DNA of 64,000 nt, taken from IMG/VR virus record IMGVR_UViG_3300002835_000040; one strand, written 5' to 3'. Numbering within the stretch: position 1 is the stretch's first letter; each line of letters opens with the position of its first letter. Source of the stretch: an uncultured virus (IMG/VR IMGVR_UViG_3300002835_000040). Lineage: Duplodnaviria; Heunggongvirae; Uroviricota; Caudoviricetes. The notes under the pieces were generated by a model. It searched no databases. It worked only from the letters and a program-made list of their open reading frames with translations, and was not told the DNA's origin. This document shows positions 19,018-29,125 of this stretch, in pieces. Position numbers and translations under genes: made by a program.

Positions 19018-21162
19018 TTAAGTTCTACATGAAATATTATAAACTACTCTAACACTAATTGTTAATAATTCATCTTTATATACTTCAACCCCACCAACAA
19101 CTTGAGACTCAATAACAATAGTATTAGTGTCAGGATTAATTTCAGTACTCTGTAAATTAGGTATTAAAGATAGTAATGACTCAATTGCCGTTATAAAATT
19201 ATCAGTCGATGGTACTGAATTTAAATTAGGTGATACATAAAATACTGATGAATATGTAGTGCCAGTTATTTCAATATCACAATTAAATTGAGCGTAATTT
19301 AATTTACAATCATCATGTCCACTAACTAAATTAGCATACCCTGTAAATAACATATTTCTAAAATCATATGTTTTTGTAGGAATATATGTTGGTGTGGATA
19401 CTTTAACAGGTTGTACTTTAGAATAACTAATTAAAGGATTACAAGTTATTGTTTTACTTTTAGTTGTTACACATCCTGTAGCAGCACTTACTGTTAATGT
19501 ATATGTTCCAGCAGTCAATCCTGTTAGATAAACACCTGTTTGCCCATTTACATTACTACTCCAAGTTAAATCAACAGGAAAATCAGTGTAATTAATCATT
19601 GCGCTTATTGTACCCCCACTACCATTACCACAACTTGTACCATACAAAAGAACATTAATAGGGCTTGTGTCTATAATATTAACTGAATAACTTTGACTAC
19701 AATAATTTGAGTCAGTAACTATTAAGTCATAAACTCCTGCGGTTAGATTAGAAAATGTATATGCCGTTGATATAGTTTGAATTGATGTAACACCATTAGA
19801 TAAACTATATGTATAAGTTAATCCTGTTACAACAGGTGTAACTTCTAAGTAGATACTACCACCATTAAAACTACAGTTTGTAGTAGTTGCAGTTATTGAA
19901 GTTGCAAATGATAAACTTGTATTAATTGAAAAGTTTTTAGTATATGTGCAAGCAGATGTCGCATCATTTATCGTTACTGTATAGTTACCTGAAGATAAAT
20001 CGCCAAAAGATTGATTTGGAATATTAACAGTGTTAATTAATGTATAACCACTATTGTTTGTAAAATTATAAGTATAAGGTGTTGCCCCACCTTGTAATTG
20101 AATATTATAAACCCCTGAATTATTGTTACAACTTGAGTCAGTTATTGATTCCGAAACAACAAAGAAAGTATTTGGTGTTTGTAATACAACATTAAATGTT
20201 GCAGTACATAAAGCAACGTCAGTAACTTCTAACGTATAATTACCAGCCGATAAACCACTAAAAGTTAAAAATTGGTCATAACTAACTAACGAGTCACCAT
20301 TACTTAATAAATAAAAGTAAGGTCCTGTACCACCTGAGATGTAATAAGTAATTGAACCTGTATTACCTGTACATGTCGGTGAAACTAATGTATATGTTAT
20401 TAAACCTATCGGGTCGGCATTTAATACTGTAGTTGTTTTTGTTATTGAACATCCTTGTGAGTCAGTAACGGTACAAAAATAGTTACCACTAGTTAAACCT
20501 GTAACAGATGATGTTGTTGGAGAACCACTAATATTTGATGACCATGTATAAGTATATGGTGGTATTCCTGTAACACCTGTAACAAATATTTTACCATTTG
20601 TAAGTGAACATGCTGGATTATTTACAACATAAAATCCAAAATCCATAGAACTTGTATTGTAAAGTACAACATTTTCAGACTCTCCATAACATCCACCATA
20701 ATTAGTACAAGTCGCATAATAAACACCTTCAGGTAAATTAACAAATGTATATTGATTAGCACTTGTAACCGTTGCGGTACTATATTGTACATTATCTTTA
20801 AATAATGTTATTTCATTAGTACCATAATTGGTGTATGTATTAACACTTAATGACCCATTTGATAATCCACACGAAGTATTTTGAACATCTTGTATAAATA
20901 AGGTGCTTGCGGATGTAATATAAACTTGTATAACTCCTGAAGATTGATTAACAGGAACTGATGAGTCGTTCACATAAAATTGGTAAGTTCCAGCACTTAA
21001 TCCTGTAATCGAATAATTTCCTGTTGTTGATGCAGATGCGTATAATGGTGTTAACCAATTAACAATATAAGGTGTATTACCACTTGTAAAATCAATACTA
21101 AAACTACCTAAGTTACTATTAGTACAATCTCCAGTTACCGATATGTTATAAAAAAATGACAT
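19018..21162 (-). CDS. SprB-repeat protein
   Basis: About six to seven ~85-aa units of the form C...NG.I......GG..PYTY.W......GL.AG.Y...VTD..GC, as in Bacteroidota SprB adhesin repeats. No signal peptide is evident. Confidence 0.75.
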   Translation of the reverse strand: MSFFYNISVTGDCTNSNLGSFSIDFTSGNTPYIVNWLTPLYASASTTGNYSITGLSAGTYQFYVNDSSVPVNQSSGVIQVYITSASTLFIQDVQNTSCGLSNGSLSVNTYTNYGTNEITLFKDNVQYSTATVTSANQYTFVNLPEGVYYATCTNYGGCYGESENVVLYNTSSMDFGFYVVNNPACSLTNGKIFVTGVTGIPPYTYTWSSNISGSPTTSSVTGLTSGNYFCTVTDSQGCSITKTTTVLNADPIGLITYTLVSPTCTGNTGSITYYISGGTGPYFYLLSNGDSLVSYDQFLTFSGLSAGNYTLEVTDVALCTATFNVVLQTPNTFFVVSESITDSSCNNNSGVYNIQLQGGATPYTYNFTNNSGYTLINTVNIPNQSFGDLSSGNYTVTINDATSACTYTKNFSINTSLSFATSITATTTNCSFNGGSIYLEVTPVVTGLTYTYSLSNGVTSIQTISTAYTFSNLTAGVYDLIVTDSNYCSQSYSVNIIDTSPINVLLYGTSCGNGSGGTISAMINYTDFPVDLTWSSNVNGQTGVYLTGLTAGTYTLTVSAATGCVTTKSKTITCNPLISYSKVQPVKVSTPTYIPTKTYDFRNMLFTGYANLVSGHDDCKLNYAQFNCDIEITGTTYSSVFYVSPNLNSVPSTDNFITAIESLLSLIPNLQSTEINPDTNTIVIESQVVGGVEVYKDELLTISVRVVYNISCRT

Positions 21163-21163
21163 G

Positions 21164-24118
21164 TTATAAACAGCTTGTTGTTAAATTAACTATAATGTTT
21201 ATGTCAGTAGACACTGGTGCGGTTTCAAAGAATGTTACATTATTAGATTCTAAAATATAATATAAATTAGGATATGAATAATCATAAGTAGCAACAATTC
21301 CAACATCAAACAATTGAGATTGTATATCAGTAAATCCTTCAATTACAATATCATACCATTGTTCATTTGTTAAGGTAGCACCATTAAAATAATTTTCAGG
21401 ATTACCAGGATAAACAAAATTAACACCATTTATGGTAAATGAAAAACCAAAATAAACTGAAACAGTACTTAGGTTAGGACTACATTCATTATCAATAATC
21501 CAATCTTGTAACGTCATGTTATAAGCCTCAATAACTGCACCTTGGTCAACAAATAAAATCGGATATGTTATTGACGGAGCCCCAACAGTACCCTCAATAG
21601 TACCATTACTAATAGGACCTACAGTATCCTCAGAACCTATTTGACACATTCTTTGTCTTCTATAAACAAACTTTTGTCTATGAAAAATAGAATTTTCAAA
21701 TTTAGTTCCAGTATTCCAAATAGTCGTAGCAGGTATAAATTGTTCAACCAATCTTATCCATGAATCACCCAAACCATTAATATATTCAATCATGTTTTGG
21801 TAATTAAAATTATTGTTTTGAATTCCAACATCTTGGTACATAGTAAGATATTTCCAAAATAAAGATTGTAATGTAGGGTATCCACTCGTCTTACCGTCAG
21901 AGGAGAATTGTCTATTTCTCACATTAATCATGTTACTCCAAAAAGTTTTATAAAACTCGAAGAAGGTTTCATATTGTGGTTGAGGATTTATAAATGTCCA
22001 ATCTATCCCTCCAACTTGTGGATATGGATTAGATAACCCTGATGATGGTATTGGATAGTTTTGTGTGTTTGATAGATACCAAACATCATAAGTTAAAGCT
22101 TGAGCAGGATTTAAAAACAAATCAACATTTTTAACATTCAATACTAATCTATCATCACTAACTGTATAATAAGCATCAAATAAATTGTCAGTATTTTTTC
22201 TTAATGGTGGTTGTAAGTCACTCCAACTCTTTTTATTATCATTAACTTTTTTAAGTGAAAATCCGTAATTTAAGAAAGGGAAATCTCTAAATGTTTCTAA
22301 ATATTTTTGACCATATGTAAATGGTTCTAATTGCGTTTGAACATTTAAGTTTTGACCCGTAAATGAATCAGTAGTTATTATTAATTCTTCAGGAGACCTA
22401 TGTTCCGGAGTCTGTTCAAACCATCCCTCTCCCTTTTGGAAAAACATGTTCTCCGTATTTGCCCTTGGACTTGGGTATCCCTGACTATCAATAGGGTAAT
22501 CATCAATCGTAGTTGTCACAGTTTCTATTGTTGTCGTTGAGGTATAAGCAGTAAATGGGTTACCTTGGAAACTATATATATTTAAGGGGTCAAATGACGG
22601 TGTTTCAGGTATAAATACACCACCTGAAATTTGTTGGAATAACTCATTAAATCTTTCTATGTTAATCGGACTATCCGCAACATAAACATTCTCATTAAAT
22701 TCTATTAATGCTTCAGGAGCACCAATGTAATTCATCAAGAAATCAATAGCCTTTCTTGTACCTTTTGACTTATACAAATACGCAGAATTTAAAATTAAAT
22801 TTCTGTAAAATTGACTATTTAAATCATCAATAGTTTGACTTGTTGAGTATCCTGGAAAAGCATTTTGAGTTGTTCCATATACGGAAGTAATGTAATTAAC
22901 ATTAGTTATTGGTGATATATTTGTTGACCATCCTATAGTTTCCGCTAAATTTGGTAATAATTTAGATGGAATATCATTCCCAACATTGTAATTAACAGAA
23001 TTCATGAACGAAAGAGCGTCTATGTATTTTTTACTTTCGTCAAAACTTCTTCCGTATATTTTTAAAGTTTTTTCAACTTTTTTATCAGGTGTATCAAATT
23101 CCTGAAAAGCATCCGTCACATAAAACCTTGATAATAAATCTGTCTGTTGACTGTCAAATTCATTACCAATCTGATTTAACTTTTCAATATACGCCGAAAA
23201 GTTTTCGGTTCTTATATCTATATTCCATGAACCATCTAAAGTCCAAGTAACATTTTCATATCTTGTAAAAATATTACCATTATCCGCCTCAGTTGGTATT
23301 TGAAATTGAGCAGTATAGATTGGAGTGACGTACCTATATAAAAGAAATTCATCGACCTCATCTAAATTAAGATTAAAAACTTCATTAACAATAACATCAT
23401 TTGGTCTAATAACTATTGTATCAACTGATGTTGTGTTACCTGAAAAAGGATTTCCATCAACCTGTATTGTTAACGTACCGGCAGTTAAGCTTTGTGATGG
23501 GAATAAATAAGATAACGGATATTGGTTTCCGTTTACTATTAAAACATACGCCGGAAATGTTTCTTTAAGATTCCTATATCGTGAAATTTCAAATGGTAAA
23601 CTATTAATGTCACTAGTTGCATTTACTGTGAAATTAATTTCAAAAGGATTTCTTATAGCACTTATTGGTAAATCTAATTCTGTAACATTTTCGTTTGAAT
23701 AAAATGTTATATTTTGAGCAGTATTACCTGTTGTATAACCTTCTCTTAAATTAATTATTTCTAAAGCCGCTGGAAAATAATTAATAATATTAACTATTGA
23801 CGATTCAAATCTTTTTGTTAAAGAACCATAAGCAGTAAAATTGGTAATTTTTGTACTATCAAAATTTGGTATTACCTTAAAATTGTTTTGAAAAACCTGA
23901 AATGATTTTCCTATATCAATACCTAAGTCATTTAATGATATAGGTGTCGAGAATGTCCCAATATCAAAGCTTCGATTGGACTTTTCAACAACTGCAATAG
24001 TAAAGTCAAAAGTTGCAGTAGTTAATCCACCACCTTTCACAAGTTGTAGTCCGACAATATTATCGGAAAATGTACTAGCGCCTGTAGGTCCTTGTGGTGG
24101 ACATTTATATGTTGCCAT
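21164..24118 (-). CDS. Large virion structural protein, probable baseplate wedge/tail component
   Basis: 984 aa. LLPNLAETIGW and YLYKSKGTRKAIDFLM resemble the KGT motif of P2 gpI / T4 gp7-like wedge proteins. Structural gene context. Confidence 0.5.
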   Translation of the reverse strand: MATYKCPPQGPTGASTFSDNIVGLQLVKGGGLTTATFDFTIAVVEKSNRSFDIGTFSTPISLNDLGIDIGKSFQVFQNNFKVIPNFDSTKITNFTAYGSLTKRFESSIVNIINYFPAALEIINLREGYTTGNTAQNITFYSNENVTELDLPISAIRNPFEINFTVNATSDINSLPFEISRYRNLKETFPAYVLIVNGNQYPLSYLFPSQSLTAGTLTIQVDGNPFSGNTTSVDTIVIRPNDVIVNEVFNLNLDEVDEFLLYRYVTPIYTAQFQIPTEADNGNIFTRYENVTWTLDGSWNIDIRTENFSAYIEKLNQIGNEFDSQQTDLLSRFYVTDAFQEFDTPDKKVEKTLKIYGRSFDESKKYIDALSFMNSVNYNVGNDIPSKLLPNLAETIGWSTNISPITNVNYITSVYGTTQNAFPGYSTSQTIDDLNSQFYRNLILNSAYLYKSKGTRKAIDFLMNYIGAPEALIEFNENVYVADSPINIERFNELFQQISGGVFIPETPSFDPLNIYSFQGNPFTAYTSTTTIETVTTTIDDYPIDSQGYPSPRANTENMFFQKGEGWFEQTPEHRSPEELIITTDSFTGQNLNVQTQLEPFTYGQKYLETFRDFPFLNYGFSLKKVNDNKKSWSDLQPPLRKNTDNLFDAYYTVSDDRLVLNVKNVDLFLNPAQALTYDVWYLSNTQNYPIPSSGLSNPYPQVGGIDWTFINPQPQYETFFEFYKTFWSNMINVRNRQFSSDGKTSGYPTLQSLFWKYLTMYQDVGIQNNNFNYQNMIEYINGLGDSWIRLVEQFIPATTIWNTGTKFENSIFHRQKFVYRRQRMCQIGSEDTVGPISNGTIEGTVGAPSITYPILFVDQGAVIEAYNMTLQDWIIDNECSPNLSTVSVYFGFSFTINGVNFVYPGNPENYFNGATLTNEQWYDIVIEGFTDIQSQLFDVGIVATYDYSYPNLYYILESNNVTFFETAPVSTDINIIVNLTTSCL

Positions 24119-25023
24119 TAAACAATAATAGTTTCAAAGTTTTTAGTTCTATCAATATCATCCCCTCTATCTTGTCTAACCTCATACAACAATTGATTTA
24201 ATTGGTCTCTAATTTCGTATAAGTTATATTGTTTATAGATGTTATTAGAAGTATCGTAGATAGTATAAATTCCATCATCAATAGATTTAGTTTGATTACC
24301 ATAAAGAGCAATTGCTAATGTTGATATATCATGTTCAACAATTTCAACTTCTAAAGATATTGGGTTAAAAAATGTATTTGTAATTACAATATTTTGATTT
24401 GGTTGTCCAATATTAGGTATAGCATTTGGTCTGTTTGTTGGTGCGGATGAAGGTGACAATGTACAAAATACTAAATTAGATGAACCTTGAGAATAAATAT
24501 ATCTAATAGATTTGTCTTGTGTGTTTGTTAAGTTTTGAGTAACAGGTTCACAATAAAAATTAGAAGTAATAATTCTATAAAAGTTAGGAATTTTAGTGTT
24601 GTCTGTCGGGTCGTAATATTCAACTCTAAATCCAACCAATCCTTGATTTGCGAAATTTGTTAAAAAATTTGACGGCACATTTGATAAATCAATAACTATC
24701 CCTTTAACATTAGGTAACGAACTTAAAATACCACAATCAGTAATTACTGTATTAATTTGTGCGGGTCTTAAAATCAATGTATAAATCCCTAAATTATTAA
24801 ATTGATTTGCAGGTAAATTTAAATTATACAAACCTCCTAATATTTGGTTTGCATCCCCACCTGTATTTGTATTATTGAAATATGGTGTAAGATTTGAATT
24901 TGGTATCGTGAAAAGAGTGAAATTTTCAGTCTGGTCGCGTGATGCCGTATAATGAACTATTATTTCAACATCTGCGGGACTTACATCCGCTAGTCTTATT
25001 GTTCCGTAATTACCTGTTGCCAC
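24118..25023 (-). CDS. Hypothetical virion protein
   Basis: 301-aa ORF with GTG start, coupled to the next gene, beta-rich composition. Confidence 0.6.
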   Translation of the reverse strand: MATGNYGTIRLADVSPADVEIIVHYTASRDQTENFTLFTIPNSNLTPYFNNTNTGGDANQILGGLYNLNLPANQFNNLGIYTLILRPAQINTVITDCGILSSLPNVKGIVIDLSNVPSNFLTNFANQGLVGFRVEYYDPTDNTKIPNFYRIITSNFYCEPVTQNLTNTQDKSIRYIYSQGSSNLVFCTLSPSSAPTNRPNAIPNIGQPNQNIVITNTFFNPISLEVEIVEHDISTLAIALYGNQTKSIDDGIYTIYDTSNNIYKQYNLYEIRDQLNQLLYEVRQDRGDDIDRTKNFETIIV

Positions 25024-25075
25024 AAATTTTTATTTATGTATGTTTATTTTTATAAATAGTAATAATGATTTTTTT

Positions 25076-26170
25076 TTAACTCTTAACAACGTTGAAAAAA
25101 CCATATCCGTATTTTACTAACCCTGGTGCAGTACCTACTTCACCTATTCTTCTAAAATTCTCTAATCCACTATTAACCCCTCTCTCAATCAAAACAGTCG
25201 TTTCAATTTGGAAATCATCAATAACATTCATTAAAACTTCATTTTTAGTTATTGCACTATAATGTAACATTGATTCAGTTAATCCTGAAGAATATGCAAC
25301 AAATACTGAAGTACCACCTGAAAAATCTAAATAATCTATATTATTAATTGTATACGCCGTATATCCATTTTGTATGTTTGTAACAGTTCCTGTACAACCT
25401 GAGCAGTTTGGAATAGATATCTCAACACCAATCTGATATGGATTTGAACCATATAACGCCAATTCTCTTATTCTTGACTGAGTTGACCCTGAAATAACAT
25501 AAGGTACTGAGACATAAGCTGGTGTTGATTGTTCGTATAGGTTGAGATTAGAGTCACCAGTCCATGTAAAATTATATGATGACGGAGCGGTACTCCAACT
25601 ACCTCCTTGTGAAACAAAAGTAACTGTGCCTAAGGGGTTTAAAATGTCAACATTTGTAAATGGTACCTCCACTGTTTTTTGAACTGTTAGTACACCAAAA
25701 CTATTAAATTGAGTTAAAGTAATAACAAAGTTTTGAGGGTTATTTGAATCACACTGTGAATAGACATGACTAATGTAATCAGGTGAAAAATTAGTTATAG
25801 ATTGAACAGGTGTTCCATCACCCCAATCAACCTGATATGTTGAGTCTTGTAAATAATTAATTGTACTTTCTGTAGTATTATAAACATAATATGTGCATGG
25901 TGACCCTGTTGTTGCACTAAAAAGAAAATTAACATTAACATTTTGTTGACTAATATCACCATCAAATACTGAGTAGTAACCTATATCATGATAATCTTGA
26001 TTTAATACAATCGGTATTGTTAATCCTGTAAATAATGAAGAACCATTTGTTCCACCACTTAACATTTGACTAAGACCTGAGTATACACCAAAAGTATTAC
26101 CATCATAAGTTTCGCTAATAATGTCAGTCTTTAAAAACTCAGGTGATATTTTTATTCTAATAGTATCCAT
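25076..26170 (-). CDS. Hypothetical virion protein with PKD-like motif
   Basis: YQVDWGDGT...SHVY is a PKD-type motif. Confidence 0.55.
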   Translation of the reverse strand: MDTIRIKISPEFLKTDIISETYDGNTFGVYSGLSQMLSGGTNGSSLFTGLTIPIVLNQDYHDIGYYSVFDGDISQQNVNVNFLFSATTGSPCTYYVYNTTESTINYLQDSTYQVDWGDGTPVQSITNFSPDYISHVYSQCDSNNPQNFVITLTQFNSFGVLTVQKTVEVPFTNVDILNPLGTVTFVSQGGSWSTAPSSYNFTWTGDSNLNLYEQSTPAYVSVPYVISGSTQSRIRELALYGSNPYQIGVEISIPNCSGCTGTVTNIQNGYTAYTINNIDYLDFSGGTSVFVAYSSGLTESMLHYSAITKNEVLMNVIDDFQIETTVLIERGVNSGLENFRRIGEVGTAPGLVKYGYGFFNVVKS

Positions 26171-27294
26171 TAACCATTATTCTTTGGTGGGTTTATATAT
26201 TCATACCAATCTAATGTCAGTAAACTTTTACCTGAACCAATTACATCATATAAGTAATTAACAAAATCAAAAGTGACTTCACGATAAAAATAATCGTTAT
26301 TAATTCTAAATGGATTATTTGGATTAATACTAGTTTGTCTTCGGGTTGTAAAAGTTGTGTATTCACCAGTTTTTCCATTAAAGAACTTAACTCTCATATA
26401 AAGTTTATTAAGTTTTAAAATATCAAAATCTTTAAACCAATAAATAAAATATGACTCTTTTAATCCAATATGGTCTAATTCAAAAGTTGGTGCTAAAGAT
26501 TGTACAACATCACTAATAGTTGTTGTAGTTGTAATATTTGTTTCATTTCCTGAACTGTCAATACATGTACACCCACTTATAAATGTAATAACTCCATTAA
26601 ACGAAGAATATGTACCAGCAACTGAAGGAATTGTAAATGTACCTGAACTTGTATTAAAAACAATATTTGAATTATTTAGAACACACAATTGACCAGTAAA
26701 AAAATTACCCCCGCCATTTATATTTGTCTCTTTATTACAACAATCTGTATACCTAATACTATTAACTTTTGATGATACTTGTATTAGTAATGTACTACAA
26801 TTATAAGTTGTAGTTGTTGACGAGGTAACAACTTCAGTCGGTAAACTTAATGAACCGTTCAATATTAAAGTAAGATAATTTTTTTGTGTTCTAGCATCTT
26901 TACTGTCATATAGGTCAACCTTGAAAAAAGACTTTTGAACTGATTTTGTATTATTTTTAAGTTCGTCAGGTGTAAATGTATTTGCTAACTCATAACTATT
27001 ATACCAAGTCGGTGTTAATACATTTGGTGTTAATGTATTTTGCGTATAATCAGCAAAATAAAATTTATAAGTTACTGAAGTATTAAGCTCATTATTACTA
27101 TCTAAGGTAGGTTTTCTTGAGAACCTCGCCATCTCAAAGTTTTGTGGAACCCCAACCATTTCTTTAGCAACAATAGTTTCGTAGTCATCAATCAAATCAC
27201 CACGATTAGCATAGTCCCAAGTAGTCGGGATGTTAACCTGCAACTGAAAATTTTTATTTGTATTTAAAATTTTATACTTATTCACATCCGTCAA
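26170..27294 (-). CDS. Hypothetical virion protein
   Basis: 374-aa ORF tightly packed with neighbours, with a Thr/Cys-rich central insert. Confidence 0.55.
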   Translation of the reverse strand: MTDVNKYKILNTNKNFQLQVNIPTTWDYANRGDLIDDYETIVAKEMVGVPQNFEMARFSRKPTLDSNNELNTSVTYKFYFADYTQNTLTPNVLTPTWYNSYELANTFTPDELKNNTKSVQKSFFKVDLYDSKDARTQKNYLTLILNGSLSLPTEVVTSSTTTTYNCSTLLIQVSSKVNSIRYTDCCNKETNINGGGNFFTGQLCVLNNSNIVFNTSSGTFTIPSVAGTYSSFNGVITFISGCTCIDSSGNETNITTTTTISDVVQSLAPTFELDHIGLKESYFIYWFKDFDILKLNKLYMRVKFFNGKTGEYTTFTTRRQTSINPNNPFRINNDYFYREVTFDFVNYLYDVIGSGKSLLTLDWYEYINPPKNNG

Positions 27295-29125
27295 TTATTG
27301 GGTCGTTAACTGAACTACTAGTGTTAAACACATTAGTACCTTCAGGTATTATTTTAAAAAAGAAATTATCATATAAATAATGTCTACCATTCATAAATGG
27401 ATAATCAACACCAATATCAGTTTCATCAATAAAACCATACGGGTATAAATCTCTCCACCTAAAATCATTATTATATACTGAGTAATATGCGTAATTTGGG
27501 AAATTTTCAATTCTATAATTTTGTGGATTATCTTCATCACTCTGTTCAACATATGGTGAATATTCTTTAATAGTTAAACTATGATGAGGCTTATAATAAT
27601 ATCCGAGTGGGTTTTGAATATCAGGGCCAATAGAAAAATTATCAGGATTAAAAGTAAACTTATGATAATAATCAGATATTACCCTCTCTCTTTGGTCAAA
27701 ATCATTCCATTCACAATAGTCACCGTAAATTGTATCACCTGTATTTAAATTTCCATTATAATAAAAGTTTCTTTGTGAAACTAATGGTGTTGCGTTTTGT
27801 GCGTAGTTATCAAATGTTCCAGTATTATTCCAAAAGTTAGTTGTAACATTTGTTAATGAAAATTGACTTGACCACCAGTTATTTAATTGTGGACCTAAAT
27901 TAAAATCCCAACCTTGTCTTAAAGAAACATTACTTGAATCGTTAGGTTTGTTAAACCAACCAAAAAAACCTCTGTTAATAACTGTAACAAATATTTCTGA
28001 AATAGGTCTTCTCTGATTATCAATCATTCCTTTTATATCAAGGTATTCTTGGAAAGAAACATTATAAGATAAACTATCTTCTTTAACCGAAACTCTACCT
28101 TGATTATTTAAATATGGTGGTTGTAATGATTTGGATTCAAACTTTTTATTGGTTCTTAAAGCGTTATTTTCAAACCCTGAGTTATTAATTATCGCTTGTC
28201 GATATGGTGTTAATATCTTGTGTAATCTTACATAATACTTTGAGGTTGTTTCCTCAATATTGTTAATATCTAACACTCTTTTAAATGTACCTTGTACATC
28301 ATTTGTAAAAACACTACACAAATACCCAACATCATATACATCAAAAATTGTAAGTTCAGAGTCGACAAAACCATTACCTAAATTATAAACTTCAAACGCT
28401 TGTATGTTATTACAATTACCTCCTGTTTGGAAACTTAACGAAACATATTCACCCGGGGTTAATCCGTGTGGACATGGACATACAAATCTCAACATAGGTT
28501 TCCCATCACCATCATTTGTTTTATTCATTATAAATGGTATACCATCACCAGCAGTCCAACTATTTGTTGTTGTTGTACCTGTTTGGTACTGCATCGTTGT
28601 TGCCGTTGTAGAACTAAAAGCGTACGTTAAATGAAAATACCAATTATAAAATGTAGTTTCACTTGCCTGAAATTTAATATGTTTGTTTGCTCCGATTGTC
28701 CAACCCGGTATTCCGTAATCAGTTCTAATAAATTTAAATTCATCGTACTGAGGATATCCTCTCCAAGCAATTGGTTCGGTACAGTCATATCCAATCTGAC
28801 TTTGTTTATCTTCTAAAGCCTTAGAATAATACAAATTATTATTAAATGGTGGATATGGATAATTTTGGTTGTTAACCAACTTACCAGCAACACCTTCATA
28901 GGCATTTTCAAAAACCATATTAAATTTACAAGTAGGAACAAAAATTGTTGAAGCTTGTCTTTCAGTGTCAAATAATTGAGCTAAATTTAAATTTGTATTT
29001 CTTGAATATTCTTCAAGTTCTTTAATAGTATTTTCAATAGGGATTTGTAAACTGATATCTTCATCAGTTGCTCCTTTAAATCTTAAAGAACCTTTAATAT
29101 ATCGAGTATTACCTAAATCAGACAT
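27278..29125 (-). CDS. Hypothetical virion protein
   Basis: 615-aa ORF overlapping both neighbours. Confidence 0.55.
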   Translation of the reverse strand: MSDLGNTRYIKGSLRFKGATDEDISLQIPIENTIKELEEYSRNTNLNLAQLFDTERQASTIFVPTCKFNMVFENAYEGVAGKLVNNQNYPYPPFNNNLYYSKALEDKQSQIGYDCTEPIAWRGYPQYDEFKFIRTDYGIPGWTIGANKHIKFQASETTFYNWYFHLTYAFSSTTATTMQYQTGTTTTNSWTAGDGIPFIMNKTNDGDGKPMLRFVCPCPHGLTPGEYVSLSFQTGGNCNNIQAFEVYNLGNGFVDSELTIFDVYDVGYLCSVFTNDVQGTFKRVLDINNIEETTSKYYVRLHKILTPYRQAIINNSGFENNALRTNKKFESKSLQPPYLNNQGRVSVKEDSLSYNVSFQEYLDIKGMIDNQRRPISEIFVTVINRGFFGWFNKPNDSSNVSLRQGWDFNLGPQLNNWWSSQFSLTNVTTNFWNNTGTFDNYAQNATPLVSQRNFYYNGNLNTGDTIYGDYCEWNDFDQRERVISDYYHKFTFNPDNFSIGPDIQNPLGYYYKPHHSLTIKEYSPYVEQSDEDNPQNYRIENFPNYAYYSVYNNDFRWRDLYPYGFIDETDIGVDYPFMNGRHYLYDNFFFKIIPEGTNVFNTSSSVNDPIIDGCE

